Shown piece after piece: positions 1 through 16,389 of a stretch of DNA of 64,000 bases. Below the pieces are notes generated by a model. The model saw only the letters and a list, made by a program, of their open reading frames with translations, was not told the DNA's origin and ran no database searches. Location: NCBI GenBank assembly GCA_012295275.1, contig CM022679.1:14260001-14324000 (forward strand). Reading direction: 5' to 3'. The translations under genes and the position numbers were made by a program. Positions within the stretch are counted from its first letter, which is position 1; every line of letters begins with the position of its first letter. Source of the DNA: Chrysomallon squamiferum (Eukaryota; Animalia; Mollusca).

Positions 1-460
1 GCTTGGTGGTTTAATTAATCCTTGTTGTTTATTTATTTATTTATTCATTCATTTATTTATTTCATACATTAAGCCATAGGGCTGGATATTATTTGCAGTC
101 TTTATTAACATATAAGTATAAATAATGTATCATATTAAGTTGTTGGGTTTTTTCTTTCTTTCTTTTCTTTGTTTTGTAAATATTGTTTTTCTTTCTTAGG
201 CTTAAGTTCAGATATTTATTATCATAATGTTACATAATATTAATTCATATGGTTATACACAGACACGAGCTGAATGATTATACGTTCATTTTCACATTAA
301 TCTTATACTTAATGCTTTTAAAATCTACATGTTTTGTATCGTATTTTAGTCATTAATATTACTATGTCTCTTAAAAGGAAGTTTTTGTAATAATATACAG
401 TGGGTACTACAACGAAAGAAAAAATGTTTCTGATGTGTTTTTAACAGTATACATTTAGTG

Positions 461-494
<34 letters not shown>

Positions 495-893
495 AAAAAA
501 ATAAAACAACAACAAAAAACAAAAAAAAAAAAATGACCAAACAAATCAAACAACAACAAGAAATTTGAAAAAAACAGACAAATTTTTCTTTTGATGAATT
601 TAATATAGAATTACAGTGGCCTTACACTTGACTGTGAGTAGAAGGTGGTACAATATCTACTGTTATTCATGTCATTATCTGAACTTACCTCAGGCAGTAT
701 CTAGCATCAAGACATCTTTTATTTTCATTTTTAGCATTATATATTTTTTTGTTAATTATTGACATATTTTAATCTTTTTAAAAATTACATTTCATTTTAT
801 TTATATATTTATTTATTTAATATTTTAATTTAATTTAATTTAAAAATAATTTCTTTATTTATTTTTTTTCTTTATTTATATTTTATTTTATTA

Positions 894-936
<43 letters not shown>

Positions 937-2223
937 ATATATATTTTTTTAAATATTGTTTAAATCTTTTACATCAAGTGAGACCTTGTAACAAACATAA
1001 TTTGTGTTAATTTGCATATAAAATTTGATGGCCTCCTTTTGACATTAAAATTCTATTTTACTGTGTTTATAATTTCAACATATTTTTGGAAAAGTTATCA
1101 GCAAGACATATGGTTTGTGTGAAGATCTTAAAAAAGTGCATTTCTGTATATCAAGGGGTGAAAAAAAAAACCAACATTTAAATTTTATTTTTATTTTTTA
1201 TGATTCTTCTGTTGCTGATATGAACCAGACCTTCTTTGATAAAATATAGCGTTTTAAAAACTAATGGCAAATTTATATATCCCATCTTTTAACTCCTGAT
1301 TCTGGTGCCAGTTGGAGGCCTTCAAGAGGTTACATGAAATCAGGTTAACACTTCCATAAGTTTAAAAATAGACTCTGTTTTATTGTCTGTTTTATTTTGG
1401 TAACTTGGTCGTAACGACTGTAATTTCCTTCTTTTATTTTTTATTTTTTTTTCAAAATAATTTTTCTCAGCTTTCTCAGCCATTCTGCACCAAATCCTCT
1501 TGCAGGGCACACACATACATAATGTAATCTGCAGATTATTATTTTTTTTCTTTTGCTCTATCCATAAATCAGCACAACAGGTGAGTGAAAAGATATTACC
1601 TTAATCCCAGCAAAAATCTTCAGAAAAATCTTCTCTGCAATTAAACTTGATGAGTGGGGTTTGAGTAAACACCTAGTTGTTGTTTTTTTTGAATGTTTTT
1701 TTTTCTCTCTCTCTCTCTCTCTCGCAAGACTTTGGCTTAAACACACCTGCATGTGCCATATATGGGTTTCTGTGTGGGGCGCTGGAATGACCCCGAGTGT
1801 TCTTGAAGATGAGTAACCATGTGACTGAAGGAATGCACCAAGTTCCAAATTTAGACTAACCTGTTTGATGTGATTCACTCATCCAGTATTATTATTATCT
1901 TCACGTCAGGGGTGTTAAAAAAAAAAAAAAAAAAAAAAAAATAAAAAGATAAAAAAAATAAAATAAAATAAAGTCTTGTAAGTGTGTTTTTACCAGGAAA
2001 GTTAGGAAGACCAAGGCATGAAGGATAGGTAAGTAAGAAAATGCTGTCTTAAAATTCGAAAATTGTTTTTCACCGGAAATTGTATCATACAAAAGGTAGA
2101 TATTTAATTAAGATTTCCTTTTTAGCAAAATGTTAGCATGATGGTAGAAATTTTTAATTACTGGTTTAAGTCAAGAAGAAGATATGGTGCATTTGTTGGT
2201 TGAACATTATTTTTAAAATTAAG

Positions 2224-2261
<38 letters not shown>

Positions 2262-2728
2262 CTAATATCATTATTATATGGTTATTGAAACTGCATTATC
2301 AATATCATTATTATCATTATTATTATTATCAAAATTGAAGTTTGTTTTATATATATAAGATGAAGGGAAAGAGTTTTATTTTGAATTACTGCTTTAAGAT
2401 TCTCATCTACAGTTTTCTGCTGTTGTGGTGCATGCTGATGCCAGTGTGTGTAAAGCATTGTGAGTACCTGGTTAGGAAGTCAGCTGTTTGTTAGATGGAG
2501 TGGAAGATCTCTGGTTCTGTCAGTCAGGGTTTTACCACAGTCTGGGTATTGGGTTTCTCGGCTCTTGTCTCATGTGTGGATGATTTCCCAGCATGTGGCC
2601 ACATTCAGTGACACCTTGAATTGTTCAGATCATCTGTCACTAAACCAGGTCAGCCTTGGTGACAACCTCTCTGTCACAGTGAACTGTGTTCTTACTGTTT
2701 AGTTCATCTTTGTGTAAGTAAGTCAGAA

Positions 2729-3105
2729 ATGTTTCGTAAAGAATCTTTGTGTTCTTACTGTATTGTTTATTTTTGTGTAACTTACCAATGTCTTTTTCGT
2801 AAAAAATCTTTGTGTTATTGCAATTTGTATATAAATCTTTGTATAACTGAATCAGGTCTGTTTCATAATGAATATTTGTGTTATTGCAATTTGTATATGA
2901 ATCTTTGTGTTATTGCAATTTGTGTTTGAATCTTTGTATAACTGAATCAGGTCTGTTTCATAATGAATCTTTGTGTTATTGCAATTTGTATATGAATCTT
3001 TGTATAACTGAATCAGGCCTGCTTCATAAAGAATCTTTGTTATACAAATTTGTATATGAATCTTTGTATAACTGAATCAGGTCTGTTTCATAATGAATCT
3101 TTGGT
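2729..3105. repeat. Composite minisatellite (~29 + ~37 bp subunits)
   Basis: Repeated gaatctttgtgttattgcaatttgtatat and gaatctttgtataactgaatcaggtctgtttcataat. Confidence 0.85.
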
Positions 3106-3738
3106 CTTTACAACTCTTACATATATTCTTGTGTTATTAAAACATGTACAAAAATTCTGTTACAAAGATCAAAATTTTAAAAATAAAGAAGTTTTCATAA
3201 CATAACAGCAACAAAAACACTGACCTTTTTTAATTTAATCAACACACACACAAAAAAAAAACGGAAAAAAAAAAGAAGAAAAAAGTTATCATAATTAAAA
3301 AAGTTTGAGTGACTTCTGTGATTGTGAATGGTATGTGTGGTTGGATACCACAGATGAGTTTTCTCTTATTGACAAGATGTGTTTTTATAACTAATATTAA
3401 TCACAAGGCTGGCTTGGTATGGGACCAATGTTAGCCAAAAGTCTCGTTTTATTACTCAGTTTATTGACTGCTTGGAGCCAGTTGTATCAAACTCGGTGAT
3501 ATATGTGGGTTCTGTGTGTCTGTAGGTCATTCAGTTTGGCTTCCCACTGTTTATTAAAAAAGTATTGTATTTTGCTGATAAATCAGTAATATTGACAGAC
3601 AGATAGCTAGATAGATGTAATTGCATTTGCATACACACACATACTGATACAAACATACACACATAGATGACAAAAAAAATCTTTGGCAGACAGACATAAA
3701 TGCACGTACATATATTACATACATAGCCAAAGTAAGAC

Positions 3739-3848
<110 letters not shown>

Positions 3849-6800
3849 GTAAGGACAGGAACAAATTTAATGACAGGCAGAAAATAACAGGGACCAGGAC
3901 AATAGCCAAATACCAGTTCAAAAAACAACAACCAATCAACCAAACTTTGAAGATATTTTTATCTTGTTATTTTGGCCTAGTCAAATTAATTTAACACATT
4001 ACCTCCATTGATTAAATGGTTGGCTGTTAAATAAACATTAACTTGCACTGTAACCTCTCTTAGAGCTGCCAGCCTTTTGCACTGTGTTTGTGCAACTGTA
4101 GTCTTCTTCAGTTTATCAATTCGGTTCTGTTTGTTACTTCACTTTATGTCTTGTTTATGTATTCTTTGTTTTTATCAAAATGTCACTCACATTTCACTGT
4201 GAATTAAACAGTTAGAGTTAAGATAATATTTGGATTTTTTTTTTTATTCTCAAGAGGTTTTTCTTTTGAATTGTCTAAAAGTTTTCAATCTCTCAGCTGT
4301 TACTGTTGTAAATGATTATGTTTCTTTAACTTCTGTTGTTAGGATTACTAATATTAAATATAATATGTTTATGTGCATTTGTATGTGTATGTACATGCAC
4401 ACACACATGCATATTTACATTAGTGTATGTATTATGTATGTATGCAAATGTGCTCTATAAATGTGTGTGTGTGTGTGTCCATCTACATTATGTGCATGTT
4501 TATAAATATATATTATTATCATTATTATTTTAATTGTTTTTGTTGTTGTATTTAGTTTTCTTGTTCTTGTTCTTATTATTATTCATTTCAATTTATCTGC
4601 TTAAATCACTTTTTAAACTGGTAGAACTTTTCACAAAGAAACATTTGATTGTTATATTCACTACTACTTTACTGACTGTAAAAAATGAGAGAAGATATTT
4701 ATTATTATGTTCACAGATGTAAAGCTTCACGATCAACTATTTATCATGGTCAGTTCAGAAAGGAATGTAGATAACAAAATACTGACGAGTGCAGTATGTG
4801 TTTGAGGTAAAGCAGTGGAAAGGATCGCTTCCACTGCTCTTTCACTAATTTCCCATTCCAACCATTTTTCGGATAACTGTTTACAGAACATAGTTAAATC
4901 TTCAGAGCAATAGAAAATAAATGAATGCATTCAAAAAATATAAAAGTAGATATGATTAATTGAAATTTATTTCGTATATGGTTTATAACAAATGTCCTCT
5001 GTATGTTGGTCAGTATGCTGTATAGTGTATCACTTGTTATTTAACCAGTGAGATATCTACATTAATACACTGCAGCTAGTGATTAGGTAAAATCTGGTTA
5101 TCACATACACATGATTTTACTCATTTGAAAACAGACTTGAATATTTCATTATGAGTGGTTTAATGGTAGAAAGTTGATGTGTTCTTAAGCAGTATAAATA
5201 TTATCTAGTAAAAAGCAAATTGTAATTTACATACAGACTATACAGGTATGCTGGATGAGAATAGGTACTTATAAAGTGGTATCAATTTAAATAGCTATAC
5301 CTGCATATACCTGCATGTATCTTAGCAATGAATACATCCATACATACATACATACATACACAGATTATATAGTCATATCTCAAGCAGACATGAGATAACA
5401 CACTTACATCTCACAATCACTTTATACTTTAGTGGTAATGCCACATGCCCATCTAACCTATTCCTGTAGTGTTTATGTATGGTATCGCCCACCCTGGCAT
5501 GGGATACCGTGATTTTAACGTCAGTCCGCTGTATGATACAGGTTAATGGAAACCAGACATCCTCACAAAGATCATTACTTACATCAGAACTTATTTCACA
5601 CTCCAATCTCAACAAGTTTTTCCCCCCTCCATCTTCCGGACACCTGTTTCTATGGCAACCTTATTATATCATTTATTCTTTAAGAAATGTATATATTTGT
5701 AATATATTTGTTTAGGTTTATCATAAGCATGTCATTGTATTTCTTAGATATATTGTAGATATCAGTAATATTTTGGGAGCTAACAATGGCTATGTTGTGT
5801 GTGTATTTTGTTTGTTTTTTTGGAGGGTCTTTTTGGCTCTGCTTGGTTTGAATTAACATTCGTAACTCTCTGCCAGGTTATATATCATCTTTATATAATA
5901 CAAGCTGGTTTCATCTTGAAGAGTAGTGGTTTTATCAGGTTTTCACTGAGCAGGTTTTTATCTCTGAGTCTGTCTGAGGCAGGCTGCTACATTGGGAAGT
6001 GAGTTATTTTTTAAAAAGAGAATTTCAGTTTGTGATGGAAACAGATTTTTAAAATAAAGTTTTATAAAAGAAGAAACAGTTAAACTTTTAAGGGCCTCAT
6101 TAGACAAAGTTACTGAGAAGTCATTATGAAGATATCCCATTTAAGAATGTGTTATGGTTTCTATGAAGACAGTTTTATGAAAGTTTGGAATTTTGCTTAT
6201 TGATTTATCTGGAAAAATAGAACTGAACCAATATGACATACTGGGCTTGGATAGAAGTAAGTATTATTGAATATATGTATTTAAATCACAATTTTAATTT
6301 AAGTTTGAAAGGTATTATATATAAAATTTACAACATGTTGGTTCTGATCTGAATATCATAATTTTAATTTTATTAATGTATTCAGTTAAAATACAAATTT
6401 AAAGACCAGGTGATGTTCTGGATAGAAGCAAAAATCAGATGCAACAATAAAGATAACTTATATCAGAATATTTTTTAAAACACATAGATTTAAATATTAG
6501 ATGGAAAAGGATAATTATTATTAAATGCCTTAGTTTATTTGAAGAAAAAATAAAGCAGCTGTTATGGTATATTGACCTTGGTTAGATATAAGTGTTGGGA
6601 CATCTGTGAAGATAACCCATGTCAGAATGGGTCAGTTTCCTCTTAAGATGGGCTCCTAGTACTTCCTGTTCTTTGATTTCTCCGTATTTATTAATAGCAT
6701 TCCTGAGTGCATGGTTTATCTCTGTATGAGATAAGCATATTTTTGAAAAATGTATGTATCTGGAAGACTGATGATTTTTGATTCTTCATAATCTGATATA

Positions 6801-9800
6801 CAGGGGCTTGATGCACAAGCTTGTTTTTGTTTTGTCTTGGAATACTTTATGAAATTTGTGAATTCATTTTGGAATGCTACAGCAGTGTTTGGTTAGCCTG
6901 AGTGAAGGAACAGTTTGAATAATATCGGGTTGATGGACAGTGTGACGGTAAGAGGTCATGTTATTTAATTAATTAACGAAAGATCCAAAATTTGAAAAAA
7001 AGGGTTAGTTAACATCTCTGTGGTGGATATAGTTTCCAAGCTGAAGTGAATTAAGTATAAAGAAAAAAGAGAAATGTGTAAATTAATTAATTAATTAAAA
7101 TAATAATAATAATTTTATTAAAAATAATGTTTCAGCTATACTTTTTTTTGTAGGATTTTTGTTTTCTTGAAGTCCAGTGTTTCATTCTAAGAACAGAATT
7201 ATGATTTTCAATTAGCTATTAATTACTGGAAAATTTTTGAATGCCAGTATTCACTTTGTTTTTGTTTTGATGGTCAGAATCCTTTATTAAATGAGAATCT
7301 AAAGAATTTCGACTTTCTTTTCCACTGTAAATACAATTTTATCATTTACTTCACCACCTGTTTGATTTCTCCTCATTAAGATAGATGTCTGTTTAAATGA
7401 AACTGCCCTCACAGAGGCAGATGTCTATTTAAATGAATGACTAAATAATCTCAGTTTTTTTTAATCTTTTCTTTTTTTTCATAATCACCTGCATGTGACT
7501 GTGTATATACATTTTAAAACATTTAATCGGTTGTTGTTTTTACCATTATCTTTTTTTTTAGTCAACAAATATACATCTGTTTCAGTAAATTAAATCTTTA
7601 TTCTGAATCATACATGTGCACAATGTTTAGGGCCAGTTCAAACATTTTTGAACGGGAGGGTGGTGATCATCATAACTGATGAACTGCAAAGTATATTACT
7701 TCAAAATTTGAATTTTATTATAGAAAAATCTGAAAACAAACAACCAAACATTTGTTCTCCAAGATTTTAAAAACTTTATAATAAATAAAACAGACTTTAA
7801 GTTTTGGCTAAATTTACTTTTTAATATATATATATTTTTTATTAAATTTATTTTAAAGAAAGACTTTAGTCATCTCTAAATAGGGTGGATTTGTGTGCAC
7901 CTCTTGGATCTGTTTAAACATTTTAATATCTTGATCTAATTTTTCTAGAATTATTTTTGGCTGATATAAAACATCTGTTGCAATGAATTCTCCCTGGTTT
8001 CAGCGTCAGCAGAAATGACCAATGCAGACACATTCTGATTATCACAGTTTAGCTCTGTCACTTTCTGTTGATAACACATTTCACACTGAATGTTCTTTCT
8101 GTTATACCAAACTGAAATGTTTTCAAACTGCAGCCATGAAAGAAATGATGAAACTACAGTTTCTTTTACTGACAGTTTTCTTTGATGTAGTTTTCAACAT
8201 AGCTGCTTTGACCATAGACACTGATTAAATTAAATGATAATTTTGTCTATAATGGAATTAAAAAATAAAAATGATTTTGATTTTAATTATATTATAATTA
8301 AAAAAAAACACCCATATATTCACAGGTAATACACATACACATTACATATATATATATGTAAAGAAAATATCTGAAATATTTATAATTGCAATGTTTTACA
8401 TTTAACAAGCACACAGACACACATCCATACACAGAAAATATTTAAAATATTTGTAAAATCAGTTCTCATCATAATCCAGTTTTGCATGACCACTGTTATA
8501 AAGGAGATATGTCACACCCAATCAATAAGGCAATTGATCCATGTCTCTCTATTTGATATTACTGATATGTGATTGTTTGGTGGTTTGTGTAACAGTCACT
8601 TTGTTAACATCTATAGACACTTTGGGGAGTTAGATCACGAAGCAGTCTCTGAAAGCATTTGCATAAGTTTGTGGGAAACGAAAAAGCTGTATACTGCTCA
8701 CAAAAATTAAGTATCGTTGGCAGTTTGTATAGGGCAATGCGTGTATTTGTTGTCTGTGTTTAGAATGTATATTATGTGTTGTATTGTGTAAATGGGAATA
8801 GAAGGATATGTTTATGTGTATATATTTTTGTTCAAGTATGTTTTATGCAGTTGTTTGTGTATGTATTTCCCATGTTTATTTGCATTTGCAAATGGATAAG
8901 GGAATAAATAAGCACTGTGTGTATATGTTTGTAGTTTGGAGTGTGTCTGTATGTGTATGTGATTCTTTGTTCCAAAGTAACCAAATTAATGTAATCAGTA
9001 TTGATATAACTGTAAACTATGGAATAAAAATAATTTAAAAAACCTTATTAAAACCAACATATTCATCTCTTCTGTTTGATCCTGCAGTTCATCTTCTCTA
9101 AATGAATCACTTGATGACTCAGTTAATTATAAATAATTAATACTATTGCAGTGAATATTACCTCTTCTGCACATGAAGATTTATTTTTTTTTATTAAGTT
9201 GCAATGTAAAGAAAAATTCTACAGCAGTTTCATAGTACAAGTATTTAAATAAAAATCGTTGTCCTGTTATTGAAATGGTTTATGTGATATCTGACCCTTT
9301 TACATTTTGATTTTGTGTCATTTTTATTTCTTTTATTGCCATTTTTTCTTCTTTTTTTTTTTCACTGTTGTAAGAAAATGTACCCTTTAAACCCTGCAGC
9401 TGATATTTTATTTATAAGTCTTTTCTGAAGTTCCTTTGATGTGGTCTTGTTTTTATAGTCATTTTCTTCTTTATGCCAAAACTCTTCCAATATTATTATT
9501 ACTACTACTACTACTACTTCTGTTATTATTATTACTGCATTTGGTGCTATTTTTTTATTATTATTATTTATAGCTATTGTTGTTATTGTTATTGGTGGAA
9601 AAAAAAAAAAAAAAAAAATTATTATTACAAATATTATTTATTATTATTAATAAACTACCTAAACTGCATGCACTAAACTGTTTTTATTTTTATTGCTGTT
9701 GTTAGCCTCGGGCTGATACTTATTTACTTTTATTTATTTATTTTTTTTTTTTTTTGGTTGCAAATGTTGTATTATTATTTTTGCAGTTGTTCATTGTGAT

Positions 9801-11372
9801 ATTGTTGGTATTAGCATTATTATTACTATATTTAAACAAACAAGAAATTGTATTAATTATTATTATTATTGGTATTACAAGTGTTACATTATTATTAAGA
9901 TTTTCATTATTATTACAGTTAGTATGTATTTATTAAGTTACTGCTTAATTATTATTAAGTTATTAACTTAGTAATTAAGTTATCAAATACTATTATTATT
10001 GTTGTTGCTGTAATAATAATCATTTATCATTGTCATTATCACCATCATTATCATCATTATAATCATCAACATTATTATCATTGTCATCATTATTATCATT
10101 ATAATTATCATTATCATCATTATTGTTATTATTATTAATGTTATTGTTATTTTTATTATTATTGTTATTTATATTTTATTATTATTATTATTGTTATTGT
10201 TATTGTTGTTTACCTGTCACTCACACAAGGACTCAGTCCACTGCGTGTGCTATTGATTATAGATAAGACTGAACTGTTGTCACAGAACTCACAACACACA
10301 TACAGTTTGCTCTTCTCACCAGTACTCTCCATAACTATCTATACACATACGTGTTCAAAACAGCTGCACAGATCTCCAACCCCTGTGAGTCTGGACTGTG
10401 AGTTGTTGAGTTTTCTGTGAGTAAACAACAGCACCATTACTCACAGAAAGAATCTTCAAAAGGAAGAAGATTTGTTAACTGTTGAAGATCCGTATCTATT
10501 TTTAGCTCAAAAGGGATGTAATGACAACAGAACAGAGTTATTCTTCTTAATTTTCTATTCTTCTTCTTCTTTTTCTTCTTCTTCTTTTTGGTGGATATGA
10601 CATTATAAAGTGAAATGATCACAGAGACACAGTGGCTATGTTAATTAGGAGATTATTATTCAAGTAGCATTCGTTTTGACCTCGTGGCTATATCAGGCTT
10701 TTTATTGATTGTTCTCTCGCTCAACACTGTTTGATCCAACATTCTCTGCTGCTTTCTCTTTTGCAGTTGTGTGGGACACGAGTATTTTTTGTTTTGTTAT
10801 GATTTTTTAAAAGAAAAAGAAAGAAAGGAATAAAAAAACAACAAAAAAAAAACACGATTTGGTGAAAATATCTTGTTTTCGTACTAGTCGAGAAAGCAGA
10901 TATTTTTTTTGGGGGGAAATTGCAAGTGTTTGTGAAACGAAATCCGGAATACCTAGCATCTGTGTGTGTGTTTGTTGGTGGACAAGGCTGTTGGTGTTTT
11001 AATAGCTGACTTGCCTGATTGTGGTGAAATGACTTCATTTGTTTGAGGATTAATTTCGATGACAGTTTTGCAGATGCTTTAATTTATTGTTGTGATCTGT
11101 TGTCGTCAGTTTGAAGATCTGCTGGAATTCAGCTGGTAAATATTTGTATCTTCTTTAGAAAACAATTTTCTATTTTTGTATTTTGTTAATTTCTGTTGTT
11201 ATTTTTTAAAATGTAGGCCTTTGTTTATATTCATGAGCATTGGATACATATGTATTTTTTCTATTGTTTTTTTTTAAATACATTTTAGAATAACTTAAAA
11301 TAGCAAAAATAAATATTATATTCCACTTCATATACTACTACTACTACTACTAATAATAATAATAGTAGTAGC

Positions 11373-11407
<35 letters not shown>

Positions 11408-12100
11408 CAGCAATAATAGTAGTAGCAGGAGTAATAACAATATAAATAATAACGATGAAGATAATAATTAATAATAATAATAGTAATTAAAAAATTAAAA
11501 TACAATAAATACATTTTTTTTTTAAACATATTTGCATTAATAAAACAACAACATCTTCAAACCTGTATTTTATATCAGTAAAAATAAAGTTACTGTCTGA
11601 TATTTATTTTCTCTCTCATATTCTCTACTCGTTTACCCTACTGCAGTATTTTATATTTATATCTGCCCTTCTGCATACTAAAGACTAATTGCAATGGCTG
11701 GCATGAATGGTTGCAAGCTCGAAGGACAAAGCCTGTTGTGTGTGTACACCTGGATTTACTGCAGTGTCTTAGAAATCTCAGAGATTTAGATTGTGATCTC
11801 TGGTCTCAGTTTAATTTCACTGTGAATTCAGACGGTGTGCTGAGACTGTATTCTGAAATGCAGTGTTTGGCAGTATCTGAACACTGTTTAATGTGGTGTT
11901 AATGCTTTGTGGGTGACAGTTATAAGTTTTGGAATTTATTATTTTTTTGTTTTTCTCATAATGATGAAAGTCTGTTACTGCCTACATATTATATCTGTTT
12001 TCTGTTTTTGTGTAAAGTAAATAATGTTTTATATATATGTGTATATCCAAATTAGTTCATTGGCGAACTAAACAGACTAAATATATACAGTACTAAAAAC

Positions 12101-12142
<42 letters not shown>

Positions 12143-14086
12143 TCAGAGCAACATATGTGTCTATGCACATATACACACAACTGCATATCAAAACCACCAG
12201 TACAACACACATCACACACCACACACAAACAAGTACGTTCATGTGCACAGAATTACATAACATGCTCATACTCAAAACTGAAGGAATGTTAGATCAGAAA
12301 TGAAGATTTGAACAGGAAAATATGACAGACATTTAACTTGCCTTAGGCTTTTTGGCTCCGACTATCAAAAATACAGAAATATTAATGAACTTAATGACAG
12401 TTACACCCAGGTGTGACATATTAATTAAAAACACACCTGTCATGAAATTAGTTTAAAAAAAAAAAAAGGTTAATTAACATAGGCAATCCCAGGAACATGT
12501 GTTGACATACAGAATGTAGATGTAAACATCTATCAAACTGACATCAGTAAGTGACCCACAAAATGACCCTCAGAGGTCATGACCTTGGTGTCACACCTGT
12601 GTCTGAAATGACCTGTCTTAAGAATTTGAGAATTTAATAATTAATTATGTCTCCATGATTGTTCAGTTATTAGTGTCATACAGGCTAATCCTTTATTCTT
12701 TCTCTTCTTTCTGTTTCTCTCTCCTTATTTCTGTATGTACACGTGTGTGTGTGTGTGTGTGTGTGTGTGAAAACTTAAGGTTTTTCATACTAGTATAAAG
12801 ATTATCTTTTGAAAAGTCATCTTGAAAGACCCAAATTAAGAAGAAATGGGAAGAAAAAGTAAACAGGTGCTAATTGTATTATTTTAAATTGATTACAATA
12901 ATGAACTGATTTGAATTTTGATAAATTAATTTAAAACTGCCTTCAACACTTCTATGATTTTTGGAGGTAAAATGTCAAGCTACGATAGTCCTATCATTTC
13001 TGAGCTGCTAAAAAATTTGTTACTGAAATAATTAGATTTCATTTTTATGATCCACATGGAACAGATTATGTTGCAGTTGATAACAAGCTGTGAGATACAC
13101 TTAATATAACACAGACCAGATACAGAAATAGTTTCTGGCAGAGATGGTATACATCATGTTATGTCATGGTGAAGCCTTTATTATGGAAATTATAAAAATT
13201 TGATTTTGAATTTTTTTAGAAGCTTGTAGAAAATGATAATTCTACATGAATTATTATGCTGAGTACAAAATGTTAACTCATAAGCTAGAACAAAAGAAAA
13301 AAAAGTAACTAATATATTAAACAGAAATGATAGAACTGTTGTAGAAAATGTTATGAGTGATTAAAATTATAGAATTTTAATTGATAAACCCCAGAATTAT
13401 AGAATTTTATTAGAAAATATTTACTGATTGAAAGTATTACTGACATTCTGCTGATGAAATATTTCTTAAGAAATAAAATAAATGTTTGCTGGAACTGCAT
13501 TAAAAAACAATATATCTGTAGAAAATAATTATTGACATTCTACTAAAATCATATAACTGGTGTTAGAAAATGTTTCCTGGAATTCTTCTAAAACAAAACA
13601 ACTGATTCAGAACTTGTTTAACAGGCATTCTGCACATCCTATAAGAAAAAACAATTAATGACTGCCAGATTAATTTGAAATTATGAGCAACTGGCAGGTC
13701 GTGGAGCTGCCGGTGAAGAAGTGAACATTAAACATTCTGGCAATTTCTCGTACTAATTTTTCATTCCCCAAATCAATACACTTAACACACTTTGAGGTAA
13801 AAAAAACAACAACAGCAGCCTGGGCTGGCCACTTCTTACACATGTGGCCCAGTACTTCCCTGGGTTGGTGGATCTGATGGGTCTATCTGATGGTCCATAC
13901 TTAGGTGAAGTGAAGAGGATACAGATAGATGTGTATGTATATAAATGCCTCTCACACATGGCTGGCAACTCTCTACAGACTGGGTTAGTGTAGATCTCAA
14001 GGATTTATAAACACAGCCTGGATAGCTGGCCAGCTCTTGGAATTCGTTTTAGCTGTAATTTAGTAAGTTTTTGTAATTTGTAGTCT

Positions 14087-14134
<48 letters not shown>

Positions 14135-14857
14135 ATTTGTGTTGGTCTGTGTGAGAATTTATGTGTTTTATGTATATTATCAGTACAACTACTACTATTA
14201 CTATTACTGCCAGTACTACTACTTATTATACAGATTAAAATCAATGTGTGTTTGTAAATATATAAATTTACATATACGTGTATTTGTATCTAGGTATACA
14301 ATAATAATAATAATATGTGTAGTAGAGGTAGTTATATTAATGATGGTGGTGGTAGTAGTAGTAGGAGTAGTAGTAGTAGTAATGGTAACAGTAGTAGTAC
14401 ATGTTCTAGTAATAGTAGTAGTACCTTATTATCAAGTATGCTAATAACATCATTTTCTGCTTCATATTTACATGGCAGGCAAATAAAATCCATGTTTATT
14501 TGTCGTATTAGTTACTTTCCTATCTCAACAGCAGTATGCCAGATGGGTTTATCAGTTTAATATGACAAGACTGTTTACAGTGTGTGATAAAGTTTAGTAT
14601 CCAGGTTTTACAGGAGTATATATGTAATCAATGTAGCCACATATGTGTAGGTGCTTTGACATGTAAACAAGCCCCAGAAAATTAGCATCTTTATTATTAT
14701 TATTTTAAGTGTAAGTTATATTTAATTTTATTAAAGTAGGTAGTATTTGTGGTACATAATTATAATGCTGTATGTAATTCTACTGCAGTATATACTTACA
14801 ACACAGTAGTAAAATACACAGTAAAACAGTATGTTCTTATATTAAATTATAATGTAA

Positions 14858-15095
14858 TACTTAGTTGTTATGAAATACACAAAACAGATTATTTTTATAT
14901 TAATATTAAATTATAATGTAGTATTTACCTATTACATAGCACTTAGTTGTTATGAAATGCACAATAAAACAGAATATTTTTATATTAATATTAAATTATA
15001 ATGTAGTACTTACCTATTACGTAGCACTTAGTTGTTATGAAATACACAATAAAACAGTGTATTCATATATTAGTATTAAATTAGAATGTATTAAG
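14858..15095. repeat. ~83-bp tandem repeat, about 3 copies
   Basis: acttagttgttatgaaatacacaataaaacag...attaaattataatgtag recurs at about 14859, 14941 and 15026. Confidence 0.85.
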
Positions 15096-16389
15096 TACTA
15101 AAAGAGAGTACATTGTTATAACAGTATAAAATTGTAACACAAAAAAGTACCTTTCTTAAAAGGCTTACTAGAACTTGAAGTAAAGCTTTGTTCTTTTATA
15201 TGAAGTTAAGTAAATTTTTTGTATAAATTACAAGTGGAAATAATATTTTTTTTAGGTCAGTGGCTTCATGTCTTGAAATGGTTTTAACTAGAACATAAAA
15301 ACAAGAACAACAAAACAAACAACAAAGACTGGTCTGTAGAAAATCAGTTATAAATATTTATGTCACCTATGAAGGTCAGACCCATTTATTACAAGTGTCA
15401 CTTTGCACTTGTTCTTCTTCATAACCAGTCTGAGAGATTTTTGCAGATATGGACATTTCTAAGAATATATTTAAGATGAAGAAAATTGCAGAATTTTAAT
15501 TTAATTTAATTACACTTTAATTGTGATTATACACACATGTGTGTGTGTCAATACATGCTTTAAAATCTGTAATTTTTTTCAATGTATGTATAAGATGTTT
15601 TATCTATTTTTTTTTTTTTTATCTGACAAACACCATGATCAAAATGATATAACAAAGAATTAAAACAAAGTATCTCACTGAATCAGCATATAATGTTATT
15701 TTTTTTTTATTATTTAAAAAAAAATCTTTTCTAAAATTCATTTATACATGACAGGCAGCTATAACATTCAAGGGTCTTTATTTAAATAACATATATATAT
15801 ATATATATTTTTTTTTTTTTGGCTCTATATAATATTTATAAAGATAAACACAAATTTACTGGCTTTAGTGGCAAATGTACAAAGAAAGGCATACAATAAA
15901 TGTAAATAATAAAATTAAAAAACCCCACAAAACACACACACACACACACACACAAAAGAAATGCTTGATGAGCAGTTTGTTGCAGGGGAAATAAATTAAT
16001 AAATAAGTAAATGAATCTATGTTAAACACTGAATCATTATATTAAGTATTTCATGGTTAGTAGGTATCAAACATGTTCTATAATGATGTGTTAGAAAATA
16101 TGCTACCAAAGAAAAACAGACAATATTTATAAATGTATCTTCCTGTAGACAGGAGAAAAAAAAAAAGAAAAAAAAAAAATATATATATATATACACATAC
16201 ACTCACACACACACACTCACACACACACACACATACACCAATACACAACTTTCAACAGACAGGAAAAAATATAACCATTGCCTTTTATAGACATTGGCAT
16301 TCAGTACTGGTTGAAATTAGAAAATAGGCCTAATGATGCATTCAAGAGGCTTGTTTCTGTGATATATTATACATTGAGTCTGCTCTGCA

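Noticed and set aside
14005-14560. ORFs rich in CV, HT, V and S
   Set aside because: Derived from (GT)n and (TAG)n microsatellites.
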